IMG/VR virus record: IMGVR_UViG_3300017766_004165
Span: 4,655 to 68,654 of that record
Length of the DNA: 64,000 nucleotides
Direction: 5' to 3' (one strand)
Source of the DNA: a virus
The notes below the pieces were generated by a model, which worked only from the letters and a program-made list of their open reading frames with translations, did no database searches and was not told where the DNA came from. The translations under genes were made by a program, and so were the position numbers. Shown here one piece after another: positions 17,579 to 28,187 of the stretch (position 1 is the first letter of the stretch; every line of letters begins with the position of its first letter).

Positions 17579-19330
17579 TTAGTTTGTACCTCTTGGCATC
17601 ACTTCTTCGAAAGATTTGCCATTATAATAAACACATTGTCCTTCTTCTACGAACTTTTGTCCAGCACCTTTTGTGTTTTTAAAATAACTGAAATCAGTAC
17701 CAACTCCGATAAAGAATGCTTTGTGAGTGTAGCTATCTACATGGCTCTCACCGTCACTCAAAACTACGGAATTATTTCCAGTTTTCAAAATATTTTTCAA
17801 AACATATTCGATGTCTGTACCACCTCTTGCGGCCATCATTAAGATAGACATATCGGTGTTCATGATCTTCTTTGGCCTGTCCTCAAATTCGTAAAGGTCT
17901 CCTAAGATTCCTAACTCCTTCATTTGCATAGCCAAAGATTTTGCCAGATCAATCCTGGGAACACCAGCAAGATCTCCTCCGCAACCAGCTCCCATAGAAC
18001 CAGAGCAATCCACGTAGAGATCAAACTTTCCTATATATCTTCTTTCTGTTACAGAAAGATCAAAAAGTCTGGAGTTACGGAAAAGTGGATGTAAAAACTC
18101 AAGTCCGTTGATGTCAAGTAGCTGATCAGCTTCAAAAAGTTCTACATCATTTTGGATACATTTCTGAGAGAAGTAGTTAGTAGTTCCATTAAGAATCTTT
18201 TCTACTGCTTTGAGAATCTTATCTTTAGATGTACTAAGAGCTTGTAATGATTTCCTGATAGAATCAAGATTATTTAAGTTCTTAATGATTTCCCTTTTTT
18301 CACTTTCTGGCATCTCTTCATCATTTTCAATGTCAACACCTACATCTCTCAGTTTTTCAAGCTTTTCATCAGCTTTTTTCAAAGCCTGTTCAAGCTCTTT
18401 TTGAGATTGTTTAGAGTTAAGCTTATCTACCATGTCTTTGAGATCTTTATCCATCTGATCAGCAGCTTCCTGGGACATATCTGTTTGAGACCCTCTTCCA
18501 GATTTTCCAGAGTTATTAGCAGCTCCCTGATGATTATTATCTCCATCTCTATTACTTTGCTCATCTCCCTTAGAAGGGCTTTCAATATCATCATCAATAT
18601 CCTCATCTGGTGGTGTAAATCCTTCTTCATCCTCATCATCTGGTGGATTTTTTGAAGGTTTACCCTTACCTTGTCCTGGTTGTTGAGGTTGATTTGGATC
18701 TGGGGGCTGGTTTCCACCTGGATTTGGCTTATTAGAACCTCCTCCTGGCGGGGGTGGCATTCCTCCTCCACCACCTTGATTACAGTTATTAAGGTTATCC
18801 TGGAGCTTCTGTTGCTGTTCTGGAGGCATTTCCATAAACTTCTTATACAAGAACTGTCCGATTGCCTCTGTATAGACATAAGAGCCTATATGTGAGTTAT
18901 TTGTGACTATCTTAAGAAGACTATTATTAATGCTATCCAAAATACCAAACTTAACTTCATTAGTTTTATCCAATCCTTCAAATTTCATTCTGTTAGATGG
19001 ATTATAATATAATGAATATAAATCATTTACAAGGTGAGTTGGCAGAAACTTAGAATAATTCTCTTCAATTTTTGGGTCAATATTCTTTAAAGCTGATTTT
19101 ACAACTTTCTCAACCTGTTCGTTGACCATCATGCTATCAAGAGGGTGAAGGTATGGTTGTACTATTTCCCTCTTTTTAAAGATCTGTATTCTGTCGTTAT
19201 TAGTGCCAGAAAAATTAAACTTAGACATCATATTACTGACGCCCTGATTAAAATGTCCTCCACCAACACCTTTTCCACCTTTTTGGATCTTTCTAAGAAG
19301 GGTATCCGCCTTCACTTTAGCTTTTGCCAT
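17579..19330 (-). CDS. VWA-domain protein with a Gly/Pro-rich and acidic linker (CobT-like)
   Basis: C-terminal DLYVDCSGSMG is a MIDAS DxSxS motif; central low-complexity GGGGMPPPPGGG... and DDEDEEG; located next to the AAA+ ATPase. Confidence 0.55.
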   Translation of the reverse strand: MAKAKVKADTLLRKIQKGGKGVGGGHFNQGVSNMMSKFNFSGTNNDRIQIFKKREIVQPYLHPLDSMMVNEQVEKVVKSALKNIDPKIEENYSKFLPTHLVNDLYSLYYNPSNRMKFEGLDKTNEVKFGILDSINNSLLKIVTNNSHIGSYVYTEAIGQFLYKKFMEMPPEQQQKLQDNLNNCNQGGGGGMPPPPGGGSNKPNPGGNQPPDPNQPQQPGQGKGKPSKNPPDDEDEEGFTPPDEDIDDDIESPSKGDEQSNRDGDNNHQGAANNSGKSGRGSQTDMSQEAADQMDKDLKDMVDKLNSKQSQKELEQALKKADEKLEKLRDVGVDIENDEEMPESEKREIIKNLNNLDSIRKSLQALSTSKDKILKAVEKILNGTTNYFSQKCIQNDVELFEADQLLDINGLEFLHPLFRNSRLFDLSVTERRYIGKFDLYVDCSGSMGAGCGGDLAGVPRIDLAKSLAMQMKELGILGDLYEFEDRPKKIMNTDMSILMMAARGGTDIEYVLKNILKTGNNSVVLSDGESHVDSYTHKAFFIGVGTDFSYFKNTKGAGQKFVEEGQCVYYNGKSFEEVMPRGTN

Positions 19331-19355
19331 TTTGTTGGTTTTAGAAAGTTATAAA

Positions 19356-20519
19356 TTATTCCTGATCACCTAAATCGTCAGTTTCAACTTCAATTTTGTA
19401 GTATGGGTGATTCTGCATAGCAGCTTCAACAAGTTGTTTAAGTTCATTGATATCAGAGTTACTGAATTTACCCTGTCCAGCAAAGTTTGCAACCATAGTT
19501 TCAATCTCTATCATTGCTTTTTCGATTTGCTGCTCATTACTCATACCAGAAATCATATCAACTTTATCCATAATAGCTCTTTTTTCAGAACTAAGAAGTT
19601 CTTTAGATAATTTTTCTGCTGTGGTTTTATCAACCAACAGTTCACAAGCTTTAATAAGAGCTTTATCAACAGAGCAGTTATATACCAGGCTGATAGCTCT
19701 GGCCATCATAGGTACAAAAGACAAAGTTCTGTCAGAACAAGCTTTATACGCTACATTGATGAATTTTTCCAGCTTATCAGGTGCAACTACTACTTTCTCA
19801 ATTTGTTCTTTAGTAGGAACATTGATCTTAACTTTAGTAGAATAATTCTTATCACCACCTTTATAGTATTTGATAAGTTCACCTGCTGCAAGCCTGTTAA
19901 TGGTCATTTTAAGTGCAAATCTGTCCCAGAAAGGTGAACCCACCTCATCTTTAGGAATTTCGTTACAAGTAGCAACAAAAAGCTTCCATTTACACTTCTT
20001 TTTCTCTTTACCATTAAACAGCACTCTTTCATTCATAATACCCAATAAAGCATTTCTGAGTGCAGAGCTGGCTTTATCTACTTCATTAATAATCACAGTA
20101 TCAGCTTCAGTAATATGAGAATCAATCTCATATTTATTTTCTGTTACCAGTTTTTCCAGGTTAACTACACCTTTAATTTCAGAAGACTTTGTACCTTCAT
20201 CTGTTTCCAGCATAAATACACCTTCCTCATTGAAATGTTGAATATGATCAGGATCAGTAAGATCAAACATTCCTTTAGTATAGTCAGTTACGATTTTAGT
20301 CTTACCTGTACCTGGAGGGCCAACAAATAAGATACCCAGTTGTAAAGCTTCTGCTAAAGACAAAAGTCTGAAAGCTTCTTCTTTACCCAACAGGGATGTT
20401 TCAAAGGTTCTGTGACCTTTTATTTCGATTGATTTTTTCATGTTAATAGGGTTTCCAACTTCAATTTGGGTTTTACCTTTTTCAAGGTCTTTTTTTACTG
20501 CTTCAGCTATTTGGGTCAT
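19356..20519 (-). CDS. AAA+ ATPase (MoxR/CobS-like)
   Basis: Walker A LFVGPPGTGKTK and a DE-containing Walker B region; 387 aa. Confidence 0.65.
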   Translation of the reverse strand: MTQIAEAVKKDLEKGKTQIEVGNPINMKKSIEIKGHRTFETSLLGKEEAFRLLSLAEALQLGILFVGPPGTGKTKIVTDYTKGMFDLTDPDHIQHFNEEGVFMLETDEGTKSSEIKGVVNLEKLVTENKYEIDSHITEADTVIINEVDKASSALRNALLGIMNERVLFNGKEKKKCKWKLFVATCNEIPKDEVGSPFWDRFALKMTINRLAAGELIKYYKGGDKNYSTKVKINVPTKEQIEKVVVAPDKLEKFINVAYKACSDRTLSFVPMMARAISLVYNCSVDKALIKACELLVDKTTAEKLSKELLSSEKRAIMDKVDMISGMSNEQQIEKAMIEIETMVANFAGQGKFSNSDINELKQLVEAAMQNHPYYKIEVETDDLGDQE

Positions 20520-20531
20520 TGTATAAATTTT

Positions 20532-20876
20532 TTAGATAAATGCTTCAACTTTCTTTTTTTCTATTACAGGTTTTTGAACCACAATAGTAGTTTTGACTTG
20601 AGGAGATAATATCTCTTTAGTTTCAGCTACCTGTATGGTTGTAGTTTCTAGAGCTATATCTTCAATATCATCAATAATGATAAATGTAGGAATTTTAGTT
20701 TCTACATTCTGAAGTTTTGGATGAGCCAAAAGTTGTATCATTTCAGACATCTGAAGATTATACTTCTTTTCTAAACTTCCAAAACCTATATCATCTTTTT
20801 TCCATCTGGTTAAACCAGAGTTAAGGTCTTCCACAACCTGTGAAAGTGTAACCTTTTTAGGGGCTAGTTCAGGCAT
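20532..20876 (-). CDS. hypothetical protein
   Basis: 114-aa ORF. Confidence 0.3.
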   Translation of the reverse strand: MPELAPKKVTLSQVVEDLNSGLTRWKKDDIGFGSLEKKYNLQMSEMIQLLAHPKLQNVETKIPTFIIIDDIEDIALETTTIQVAETKEILSPQVKTTIVVQKPVIEKKKVEAFI

Positions 20877-21259
20877 TAGTTCTGTTTTTCAGTGTTAGTT
20901 AAATTGATTATTTTTGCACCCTGTTTTTGAGCCAGGTTAAACTTTGTTATTCTCTTCTTCCATTTTTTGTTTTTGACAACAACGGAAGCAGCTAAGTTAT
21001 AAAGTTGAGCCAATGTAGCTGGTCTGTCTTCAACATCTTTAAGAGGTGAAGGAATATCAAGTACACCAAATCCCTGATTCAGTCTGTTTTCTGCAACTTC
21101 TCTTCCATATCTTTTGGAAAAGTTGTCGTATTTGGAGCAAATTGCTACTCCATAATGAAATTTATTGCCAACCTTTTTGATAGCAATAGTGGCTGCTGGT
21201 ACAAGACCATCTTTAACGATGTCCAGCTTTGTCGTGTGTGTGAAAAATACCTTAGACAT
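20876..21259 (-). CDS. hypothetical protein
   Basis: 127-aa ORF. Confidence 0.3.
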   Translation of the reverse strand: MSKVFFTHTTKLDIVKDGLVPAATIAIKKVGNKFHYGVAICSKYDNFSKRYGREVAENRLNQGFGVLDIPSPLKDVEDRPATLAQLYNLAASVVVKNKKWKKRITKFNLAQKQGAKIINLTNTEKQN

Positions 21260-21271
21260 ACATCTTGGTTT

Positions 21272-22288
21272 TTAAATTAATTTTTTAATTTTTAGATAAT
21301 TTTCCATTGTCTTCAGACCTTTGTGCTTTACAAGATCCGCCCAGTCTTTAATCCCTTCTCTTCTATAAATTTTAGGTACATTGACATATTTGAACCCATA
21401 TTTTTTAGTATAGTAAAGACTTGCCTGAACTCCAGCTTCGTCATTATCATATGAGATATAGACATCTTCAGGTTTATAACCTTTCAATATCCATGACATA
21501 TTCTCCTCATTAATAGCTTCTTTGCTTTCGTTTTGTGTGCTACAAACATCTGTAAAAAATTTGGATAAGACTATCTCATCCTTGACAGATTTGGAAATTA
21601 TAAGCCGTCTAGCCTGAAATCCTTTAAATATCTTGAATTTAATATCATCAAATCCAGACATAAAATCATTTGGCGTAGAAGAGATCCATTTAAACTCCTG
21701 GCTTAAGGGAGAATAAATTTTGAGATAATCATCAAATAAATAAGCAAATCTAATTTCCTTATTGTAGTTGGGAACAAGTTGTTTGTTAATATACAGCTTT
21801 TCGATGCTAAACACATTCTTGCGTTGAAGATCTTCTTTTGTTATTTGATAATTACCCCAATACTCTAATTCTTCATGGGTAAAGTCTTTTGGAACAATTT
21901 GGATAACTTTGGTCTGTTTGTGGATAGAGTCCGGTTTTTCTTTCAATTGGACTTTAAAATTTGCTTTGATAGGAGACTGGATTCCTAATCCAAAATCCTT
22001 GTCAATTTTCACAAGAGCCTGGTGGAAGTTAATGTTATGTAATTCTTGTACGAATTTAAAACAATCACCTCCTTTACCATTGGCAAAATCCTTAAATAAA
22101 ATCTTACCTTTATCACCTGGAAAAAAACAAAGATTTGGCTTATTATCAGTCTTTCCTCTGAATGGACTTGAGAACTTTTTTTTGAAGTCAAAGTCTTGGC
22201 CCAAGTAAAATCTTATAATGTTGTAGTCATCAATTTTACTAAGGATAGCTTCTTTACTAAGTTTCTCTTTTTCTTTTCCGTTAATCAT
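21272..22288 (-). CDS. DNA primase (DnaG-like zinc-binding region plus Toprim)
   Basis: FANGKGGDCFKFVQEL resembles the GCGxxGxxIxF element of DnaG. C-terminal ISYDNDEAG is a Toprim DxD motif, and EGIKDWADL follows it. Confidence 0.5.
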   Translation of the reverse strand: MINGKEKEKLSKEAILSKIDDYNIIRFYLGQDFDFKKKFSSPFRGKTDNKPNLCFFPGDKGKILFKDFANGKGGDCFKFVQELHNINFHQALVKIDKDFGLGIQSPIKANFKVQLKEKPDSIHKQTKVIQIVPKDFTHEELEYWGNYQITKEDLQRKNVFSIEKLYINKQLVPNYNKEIRFAYLFDDYLKIYSPLSQEFKWISSTPNDFMSGFDDIKFKIFKGFQARRLIISKSVKDEIVLSKFFTDVCSTQNESKEAINEENMSWILKGYKPEDVYISYDNDEAGVQASLYYTKKYGFKYVNVPKIYRREGIKDWADLVKHKGLKTMENYLKIKKLI

Positions 22289-22549
22289 AATTATTCAGAT
22301 AATCTAAAAGGAATATTTCCATTTGTATTTGGTCTAGTTAAAAGTACTATTTCTTCATGTGTATAATCTGATGGTAATGGTTCTTGAAGATTAATAGCTC
22401 TTATTCTATAACTTTTTGAAGATGGATACCAACAAAATTGATACAATGAAATACTATCACAATAAAAGAAGAGTTTCTTATCAAAACACCCTTCTTGTGA
22501 TATAAGTTTACATTTAAAAATTGACATAAACTTTTATTTAATCCAATAA

Positions 22550-22578
22550 AAAACCCCAGGAGAAACTCCCAGGGTTTT
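22550..22578. terminator. hairpin terminator downstream of the SSB gene
   Basis: AAAACCCC..GGGGTTTT-type imperfect hairpin (7 bp, a 2-nt bulge, then 4 bp) with flanking A/T runs. Confidence 0.45.
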
Positions 22579-22604
22579 ATTGGTTATACCGCCTGTTACT
22601 AAAA

Positions 22605-23462
22605 TTAGAATGGCAAATCATCAATTGCAGAAGCTGTAACAGCTTGTGGCTGAGAAGCAACTGTAACATTAGATTTTTGTACGATTGGGCTATTAGTAGT
22701 GTTAACTACATTTTTAGAAGGATCGTACTCCTTCAAAGGTGTAAGTTCATAATAGTCTTTACAACCATATTCGGCGTCTTGGACTTTAGTAATGAACTTA
22801 TCAACAGATTTGTATTGTTTCTTAGCTTTACCGTTGAAACAATCAAGAGCAAAACTTGGTAAGAATTCATAGCTATAAACAGCTTGATATTCTTTTCCAT
22901 CATCTGCTGTTCTTACAGTAGCCATAGCACAGATTGTCTTTGTACTAAAAGCGTCAATAGCATCTCTCAGTTCAGTTACCTTACCTGAGATCAGTTTTTT
23001 CCAATCCATCATCAATTCTGTACTTTCATCTTCGTAGTTAAGATCACTTAGCCAATTTCTGAGAAATTTGTAAAGTAATTCTTCACCTTTCTTAGCTTGT
23101 CTTACTGGTCTTGCTTTCACAAAATCAGGAACAGCATCAGGAGAATTAGCATAAGATGTAGTACCAATTGAGTTAATGTACTGGTTAAGACCAGATTTAC
23201 TAACTACTACTGTATCTTCAATGTTAAATCTCACATTAAAGAGACTTCCGGTTTGTTCTTCTTTAAGCCAGAAACTTACAGTGAGTCTCGGCGCACCGTT
23301 TTCACTGTTTGAACCAGTATATTCAGGTTCTTTTTCAATGGTAGCACCCAGGAGTTTGCCAAGTTCATCTTTGCTTGGGTTTACAGCTACAACGAAGGCG
23401 TTAAATAAGCCAACGTACTTGCTGAACGATTTGTTTTCTTTTTCTTTGCCTTTTAAAGCCAT
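22605..23462 (-). CDS. ssb: single-stranded DNA-binding protein
   Basis: C-terminus ends AIDDLPF, the acidic DDxPF tail typical of SSBs; sits inside the replication module. Confidence 0.5.
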   Translation of the reverse strand: MALKGKEKENKSFSKYVGLFNAFVVAVNPSKDELGKLLGATIEKEPEYTGSNSENGAPRLTVSFWLKEEQTGSLFNVRFNIEDTVVVSKSGLNQYINSIGTTSYANSPDAVPDFVKARPVRQAKKGEELLYKFLRNWLSDLNYEDESTELMMDWKKLISGKVTELRDAIDAFSTKTICAMATVRTADDGKEYQAVYSYEFLPSFALDCFNGKAKKQYKSVDKFITKVQDAEYGCKDYYELTPLKEYDPSKNVVNTTNSPIVQKSNVTVASQPQAVTASAIDDLPF

Positions 23463-23548
23463 AGTTCAAGTTTTTAAGTTAAAAATTCAAGTGTGTTATT
23501 TGTACTTGCAATTTAACTAATTTCTTCAAACTACCAAAATTTATTTTC

Positions 23549-24409
23549 TTAAATTTCGAAGATTTTTTCCCAGTCAAAGACTCCCTCATAAGAGCCTATT
23601 TTTCCTCTGTTTCCACCTGTTTTATCCTCATTTCCCTTGAAAGAAATCATCAGATCATGACCTTCTTCTTTATATTCAGGCCATACAGAAGCAACAGCAC
23701 TTACATTTCTTGCATAAATGTCTGCTACTGCACCAGTTAGAGCAATATCTTTGATAAACACTTCTCCTTTATCACCTTTAGACAACATCTTGTCTTTAAT
23801 GTGACTCACATAGATAGTGCATTTTTTAGCTGCACCTCTTGAAAGGTTAAGAAGATCTACCATGATAGTCCTACTCCATCTCCAACCATTTTGTCCTATT
23901 TCAATAACTGATTGGTATTCAGTATCTCCATAAGTAAGTCTTGGCCATTTAGTAGATGGTTGTCCAGTAATACTCTGTCTGTTAAATGATTTACCTTGAA
24001 GACTATCCATGTAAAGCTCAGTACCAGCCCATTCAGCATCCATATCTGCTTGAGTGATAGTGTCAATACTTACATAGTCATAAGGCTTTCCAAGTTTAAT
24101 AAGGGCATTCAGGATTCTATTTAAAGCTTTAATCCTATCTGCTGGATTATGAATTTCCGCAATATCTAACACTTTAGTTTTTACATCTTTTGTAAGAAGA
24201 TTTGTAATATCTTCTACTGAAGCTGTAAGAATGTCTGTGCAATCAACTGTGTCAATTTCTTCCAGAAAATCAGATCCGTTTTTCTCCAGAGAAATAATTA
24301 AATTTCCCTTAAGCTTTGATAGTTGTGTTGTCTTGCCTATTTTTGGTTTAGCAGAAAACAACAATGTGTCAGGAATTACTCTTTTTGGCTTGATCGTGAA
24401 TGTACTCAT
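23549..24409 (-). CDS. P-loop ATPase (phage AAA_24 / Sak4-like)
   Basis: N-terminal Walker A SAKPKIGKTT. Confidence 0.45.
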   Translation of the reverse strand: MSTFTIKPKRVIPDTLLFSAKPKIGKTTQLSKLKGNLIISLEKNGSDFLEEIDTVDCTDILTASVEDITNLLTKDVKTKVLDIAEIHNPADRIKALNRILNALIKLGKPYDYVSIDTITQADMDAEWAGTELYMDSLQGKSFNRQSITGQPSTKWPRLTYGDTEYQSVIEIGQNGWRWSRTIMVDLLNLSRGAAKKCTIYVSHIKDKMLSKGDKGEVFIKDIALTGAVADIYARNVSAVASVWPEYKEEGHDLMISFKGNEDKTGGNRGKIGSYEGVFDWEKIFEI

Positions 24410-24427
24410 TTACTTTTTCAATTTTAA

Positions 24428-24847
24428 TTATAAATTAGGCACTGAAACTTCTTTGTTACCAGGCCCATTTGCTACATGAACTTCTGTTGCTAACATCCTG
24501 TCTCCCATTTGTTCTACTACTTTTTCAAAAGCACCAGGAGGAAGATTGTTAAATTTCATTGCGCCATCAGCAGAAGCTAAAGCATCCTCTACAAATTTAG
24601 CAAGCTCTTGTTCAGTACCATCCTTAAGAAACGGTTTAAACAAGTCAGGATGTTTAAACAAATCAATTACAGATTTCTTTACCTGATTGATTTCTATTAA
24701 AGAAACCATAAGTTTACCAGCTTTTTCAGCTAGTTCAGGGTTTCTTCTCAAAAAATCAACGGATTCTGTTGGCAATTTTACTGCTGCCAATTCAGTTACA
24801 TTTTTATCGCTCATAGTACTTGATTTTTGTTTGATCAAAAAATTCAA
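24428..24847 (-). CDS. hypothetical protein
   Basis: 139-aa ORF. Confidence 0.3.
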   Translation of the reverse strand: MNFLIKQKSSTMSDKNVTELAAVKLPTESVDFLRRNPELAEKAGKLMVSLIEINQVKKSVIDLFKHPDLFKPFLKDGTEQELAKFVEDALASADGAMKFNNLPPGAFEKVVEQMGDRMLATEVHVANGPGNKEVSVPNL

Positions 24848-25895
24848 GAGATTTTTCTAACCACTTGAGTTCAGCTTTCTCTTTTGAGCTGATAATGTAA
24901 ATAGTAGAAATTTTTCCTTTTGCATCAAGAATTAAACTTCTACATATTCTCTGAGTCAAGTTCTCAGAATTACTGTCAAAAGCATTGACAACTATGTGAT
25001 CCAGGGACTTAAAGCTTAAACCAGTATTGCCTATCTTACAGACAGCCATATGATTATACTTTGAGGTGTCACCTATGAATTTATCAAACTCATCCTGGTT
25101 TTTGAATTTAGCTGTATGTACTTTGCAACCAAGAGCTTTAGCTACTTTATTGTTAGCACAAAAAACTAATACACGCTTATCCTTGAGGCTATTGAGTAAC
25201 TTTTTGGTGATTTCTGTCTTCGATAGTGAATTATGTACAATCCTCATCCTCGATAGACTCAGAAAAAGGTTCTGTCCCTTGTTCTCTATAACCCAAGTCA
25301 AAGCTCTGTATTTTTCTTTTTCAGTTCTTTTCTTTTTCACATCCACAATTGTGGTGTTGTCAAGCTCTGTTTTTATAATATTGATTCTGTAATCGGATAT
25401 AAGTCCATCTGTAATGGCTTCATCTAAAGTATAGCTTGAGATAACCTTTAAATTCAGATCTCTTCTGAGTTCAAACTCTGTGTTCTCAGCCAACGTGCCA
25501 GATAATCCTAATATATATTCACTTCTAGTATTATTAAAAAGCTTATTGAAATTATTCTTTTGATTTGCTGATAATAAGTGAATTTCATCACAAACTATAA
25601 TATCATATGAATTTCCAATTTCTTTTGCTAATGACACATGAGTAACATAAGTTATATTAGAATTCTTATATCCTACGGCTTGAATATCATCTTCCCAAGC
25701 TTTTTGAATATTTTTATCTGGATAAGCAATCAAAATTTTTGGTTTATAACCATATATTTTTTGATACTTTTTGAATATTCTAATGCTTGTTCTGATTTTG
25801 CCAGCTCTGGGACAAAGATGTAAAATTCCTTGACCTCCAGCATTGACAAATTCTTCAGCCCAATTTTCTTGTAATTTATCTCTAATATTCATCAT
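24804..25895 (-). CDS. SF2 DNA helicase (DEAH-like)
   Basis: Motif I-like PRAGKI, motif II VCDEIHLL and motif III LGLSGTL. Confidence 0.6.
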   Translation of the reverse strand: MMNIRDKLQENWAEEFVNAGGQGILHLCPRAGKIRTSIRIFKKYQKIYGYKPKILIAYPDKNIQKAWEDDIQAVGYKNSNITYVTHVSLAKEIGNSYDIIVCDEIHLLSANQKNNFNKLFNNTRSEYILGLSGTLAENTEFELRRDLNLKVISSYTLDEAITDGLISDYRINIIKTELDNTTIVDVKKKRTEKEKYRALTWVIENKGQNLFLSLSRMRIVHNSLSKTEITKKLLNSLKDKRVLVFCANNKVAKALGCKVHTAKFKNQDEFDKFIGDTSKYNHMAVCKIGNTGLSFKSLDHIVVNAFDSNSENLTQRICRSLILDAKGKISTIYIISSKEKAELKWLEKSLEFFDQTKIKYYER

Positions 25896-25915
25896 GTAAA
25901 AATAGCATAATAAAG

Positions 25916-27421
25916 TTAGAAATCCAAGAAAAAGTCGTTACTTATTACAGAATTTAGCTCTTTTTGGCTAATTTCTTTCGATTTTGTCAGCTCTTTAAAG
26001 AGCGAAACTTCACCTAAGAAACCAAGACCAATCCTAAGATTGTCAGTTCCATAAGAGTTTTTTATGATTTTTAAGCCTCTAAATTTGTTATTTCCAGATG
26101 CGTCAGTAAAATCATTAACTGTATAACCCATATACTCTTCAAGAGAGTACTTATATGGGTTAAACAAGCTTATGGCTACATCACAATCCTCAATAACGTT
26201 ACCAGAGTCTTTCCAGTATTCCACAGTAGGATCTGGATCTCCACCTTCTTTTTTGGCAAACTGAATATCCTGGTAAGAGGTTCTATTAAACTGATTAATC
26301 ATGATTGGAGAGTATCCTAAAAAGTCTCTGGCCCAGCAATAGTATTCACTGGCCTTATCAATAGAAAGCTTTTTATCATACTTTCCACCAATATTCTCAT
26401 TCTTAGTCTTTCCAGCGTGGTCATGTACCACATTTGTAATCAGATTGTCATTGTTAGGAACATATCTGTGTTCAAACTCACTGATTTCCTCAATTTTACC
26501 TTTTTTAAGAGCATGAGATTTTAGAAACTTGTAAATCCCCGTAGGATTCTGTTGTCCATCAATAATGGTTACTACTCCAGATTCAGTCATTTCTTTAAAG
26601 TAATGATCAATATAGAATTTAGCCATTTCTTGTATCTTAGGGCTTAGAGTGCTTTGCCATGAAAGAAGTTCATCAGTAGTTACAAGCTTATGTTCTTCTT
26701 TCCAGATCTTCATACAAAGCCATTTTGCCAATTTGTAAGTTTTTTTCCTCTCCATAGAGAAGTAAATTGCTTCAAATTGGACATTTGTAGTGGATTTGTG
26801 CTTGTTTTTGATATACCAATCATAAGGATTTAACACATAGGCGCAATCTACTAGGGATGTTTTACCACACCCGGCAGCAGCTCCAATGGTCGTGTAAATG
26901 GACTTTCTGAGGCCCAGATACTTATTCAACCTATTAAATCCCATAGGAATACCACTATTCTTACCTTTTACACCATTACAGATTTCATCCCATAAGAGAT
27001 CTGTATCTGTTTTTATGTTTTGGGGGGTAAGGATTGTAGGGGTTTTTGAATCACTTTGAGTTTTCTCAGAGGGTATATCTGTAACAGATGATTCTCTGCT
27101 TTCTTTAGAGCTATTCCCTGGGGATCTAGGCAAGGTATATCTCTCTTCAACTTGTTGTATCTCTTCTGGAATTTCTTCAACTTCTTCTTCAGAGCCACAT
27201 CCCTCGGTGTATAAGGATTCAATGGCAAAACGTTCCTCATGTTCTCCATGCGTTTTTCCAGATTTAATATTATCAAGTGATGCCTCATTGCTACATTCTC
27301 CCTTCTTATCTTCTCCTTCTCCTGATCCTGCATCCAAAGTGGTGTTGAGGTTCTTCTGATCTTGAACTTGGGATTTAGATTTTCGTTCATGCTCCTCAAA
27401 TTTTGATTTTTTTCCTATCAT
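25916..27421 (-). CDS. DnaB-like replicative helicase (C-terminal RecA-like domain; divergent acidic N-terminus)
   Basis: IPMGFNRLNKYLGLRKSIYTTIGAAAGCGKTSLV parallels DnaB IPTGF..LD..GGL..G.L.I.AARPSMGKT. Confidence 0.55.
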   Translation of the reverse strand: MIGKKSKFEEHERKSKSQVQDQKNLNTTLDAGSGEGEDKKGECSNEASLDNIKSGKTHGEHEERFAIESLYTEGCGSEEEVEEIPEEIQQVEERYTLPRSPGNSSKESRESSVTDIPSEKTQSDSKTPTILTPQNIKTDTDLLWDEICNGVKGKNSGIPMGFNRLNKYLGLRKSIYTTIGAAAGCGKTSLVDCAYVLNPYDWYIKNKHKSTTNVQFEAIYFSMERKKTYKLAKWLCMKIWKEEHKLVTTDELLSWQSTLSPKIQEMAKFYIDHYFKEMTESGVVTIIDGQQNPTGIYKFLKSHALKKGKIEEISEFEHRYVPNNDNLITNVVHDHAGKTKNENIGGKYDKKLSIDKASEYYCWARDFLGYSPIMINQFNRTSYQDIQFAKKEGGDPDPTVEYWKDSGNVIEDCDVAISLFNPYKYSLEEYMGYTVNDFTDASGNNKFRGLKIIKNSYGTDNLRIGLGFLGEVSLFKELTKSKEISQKELNSVISNDFFLDF

Positions 27422-27470
27422 AGAGATTATTTAGTTATTATTTGCTGTTATTTGTAGTTGCAAATATAAC

Positions 27471-28187
27471 TTAAATATCTGTGACATTAGCTTTTTTACC
27501 TTTTATCTGTTCTGCTTTTACAAAGGATGGATTAGCTTTATATTCATCAATGAAGCTAAGATAACACTCCTGGTTAAGATAAGCTTCTAACCCTTTGAAA
27601 TAGTCCATTTGATTAGTATTTTTCTTAATACTATCCAGCTTTTTGAGTTTTACCTCATACAGCAAACTACCCAGTAGATCTTCATGCTTATATCCTTGAT
27701 TCAGAAGTTTTAAATATCTTCCTTTTGCAGCAGGTTTTCTCAAGTTTTTCAGAGTTCTGCTACCACTAAAAATAGTGTTACCATCATCTGATTTCCAGGA
27801 AGTAGAGCTTGGATAAGCTTTCCACCATTCTTCGAAGCACTCATCTGGAGTTTTAGTGTTGTTAACAATTACAACTCTATGATTTTCAAGGGGTTCTTTA
27901 TTAGAAGAAATTAATTGTTCTAATAAATCTTCTCCTTTTATAGAGATAATCAATTTAGACACATCATTCGGATCTTCTACCAGATATTCATTTTTCTTAA
28001 GCCATTGATAAGCGGTGGACATATTAAAGTCTTTCATAGATGGTATGGTGTACATTTCTATAAGCTTTTTGTCCTCCTTATCTACAAAGCACTCCAGGAT
28101 AAACAGATGATTAAAATCCATGTTAATTGAACGCAAATTCTCTATAAGTCTGGGGTTTTTCTGTATTAATCTCAATGGTTGTTCCAT
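27471..28187 (-). CDS. hypothetical protein
   Basis: 238-aa ORF. Confidence 0.35.
   Translation of the reverse strand: MEQPLRLIQKNPRLIENLRSINMDFNHLFILECFVDKEDKKLIEMYTIPSMKDFNMSTAYQWLKKNEYLVEDPNDVSKLIISIKGEDLLEQLISSNKEPLENHRVVIVNNTKTPDECFEEWWKAYPSSTSWKSDDGNTIFSGSRTLKNLRKPAAKGRYLKLLNQGYKHEDLLGSLLYEVKLKKLDSIKKNTNQMDYFKGLEAYLNQECYLSFIDEYKANPSFVKAEQIKGKKANVTDI

Noticed and set aside
18650-18800. DNA-level tandem repeat in the Gly/Pro-rich part of the VWA gene
   Set aside because: The repetition is at the protein level (GGGxPPP low complexity) with varied codons. It is not a nucleotide satellite or a mobile-element repeat.
19407-20330. Plus-strand ORFs antisense to the AAA+ ATPase gene
   Set aside because: Same reasoning as above. 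They are embedded in a well-supported minus-strand gene and are Ser/Leu/Ile-rich frame artefacts.
27013-27399. 128-aa ORF nested out of frame inside the DnaB-like helicase gene
   Set aside because: It is fully contained in the larger ORF on the same strand in another frame. It is basic with low complexity and there is no independent evidence.
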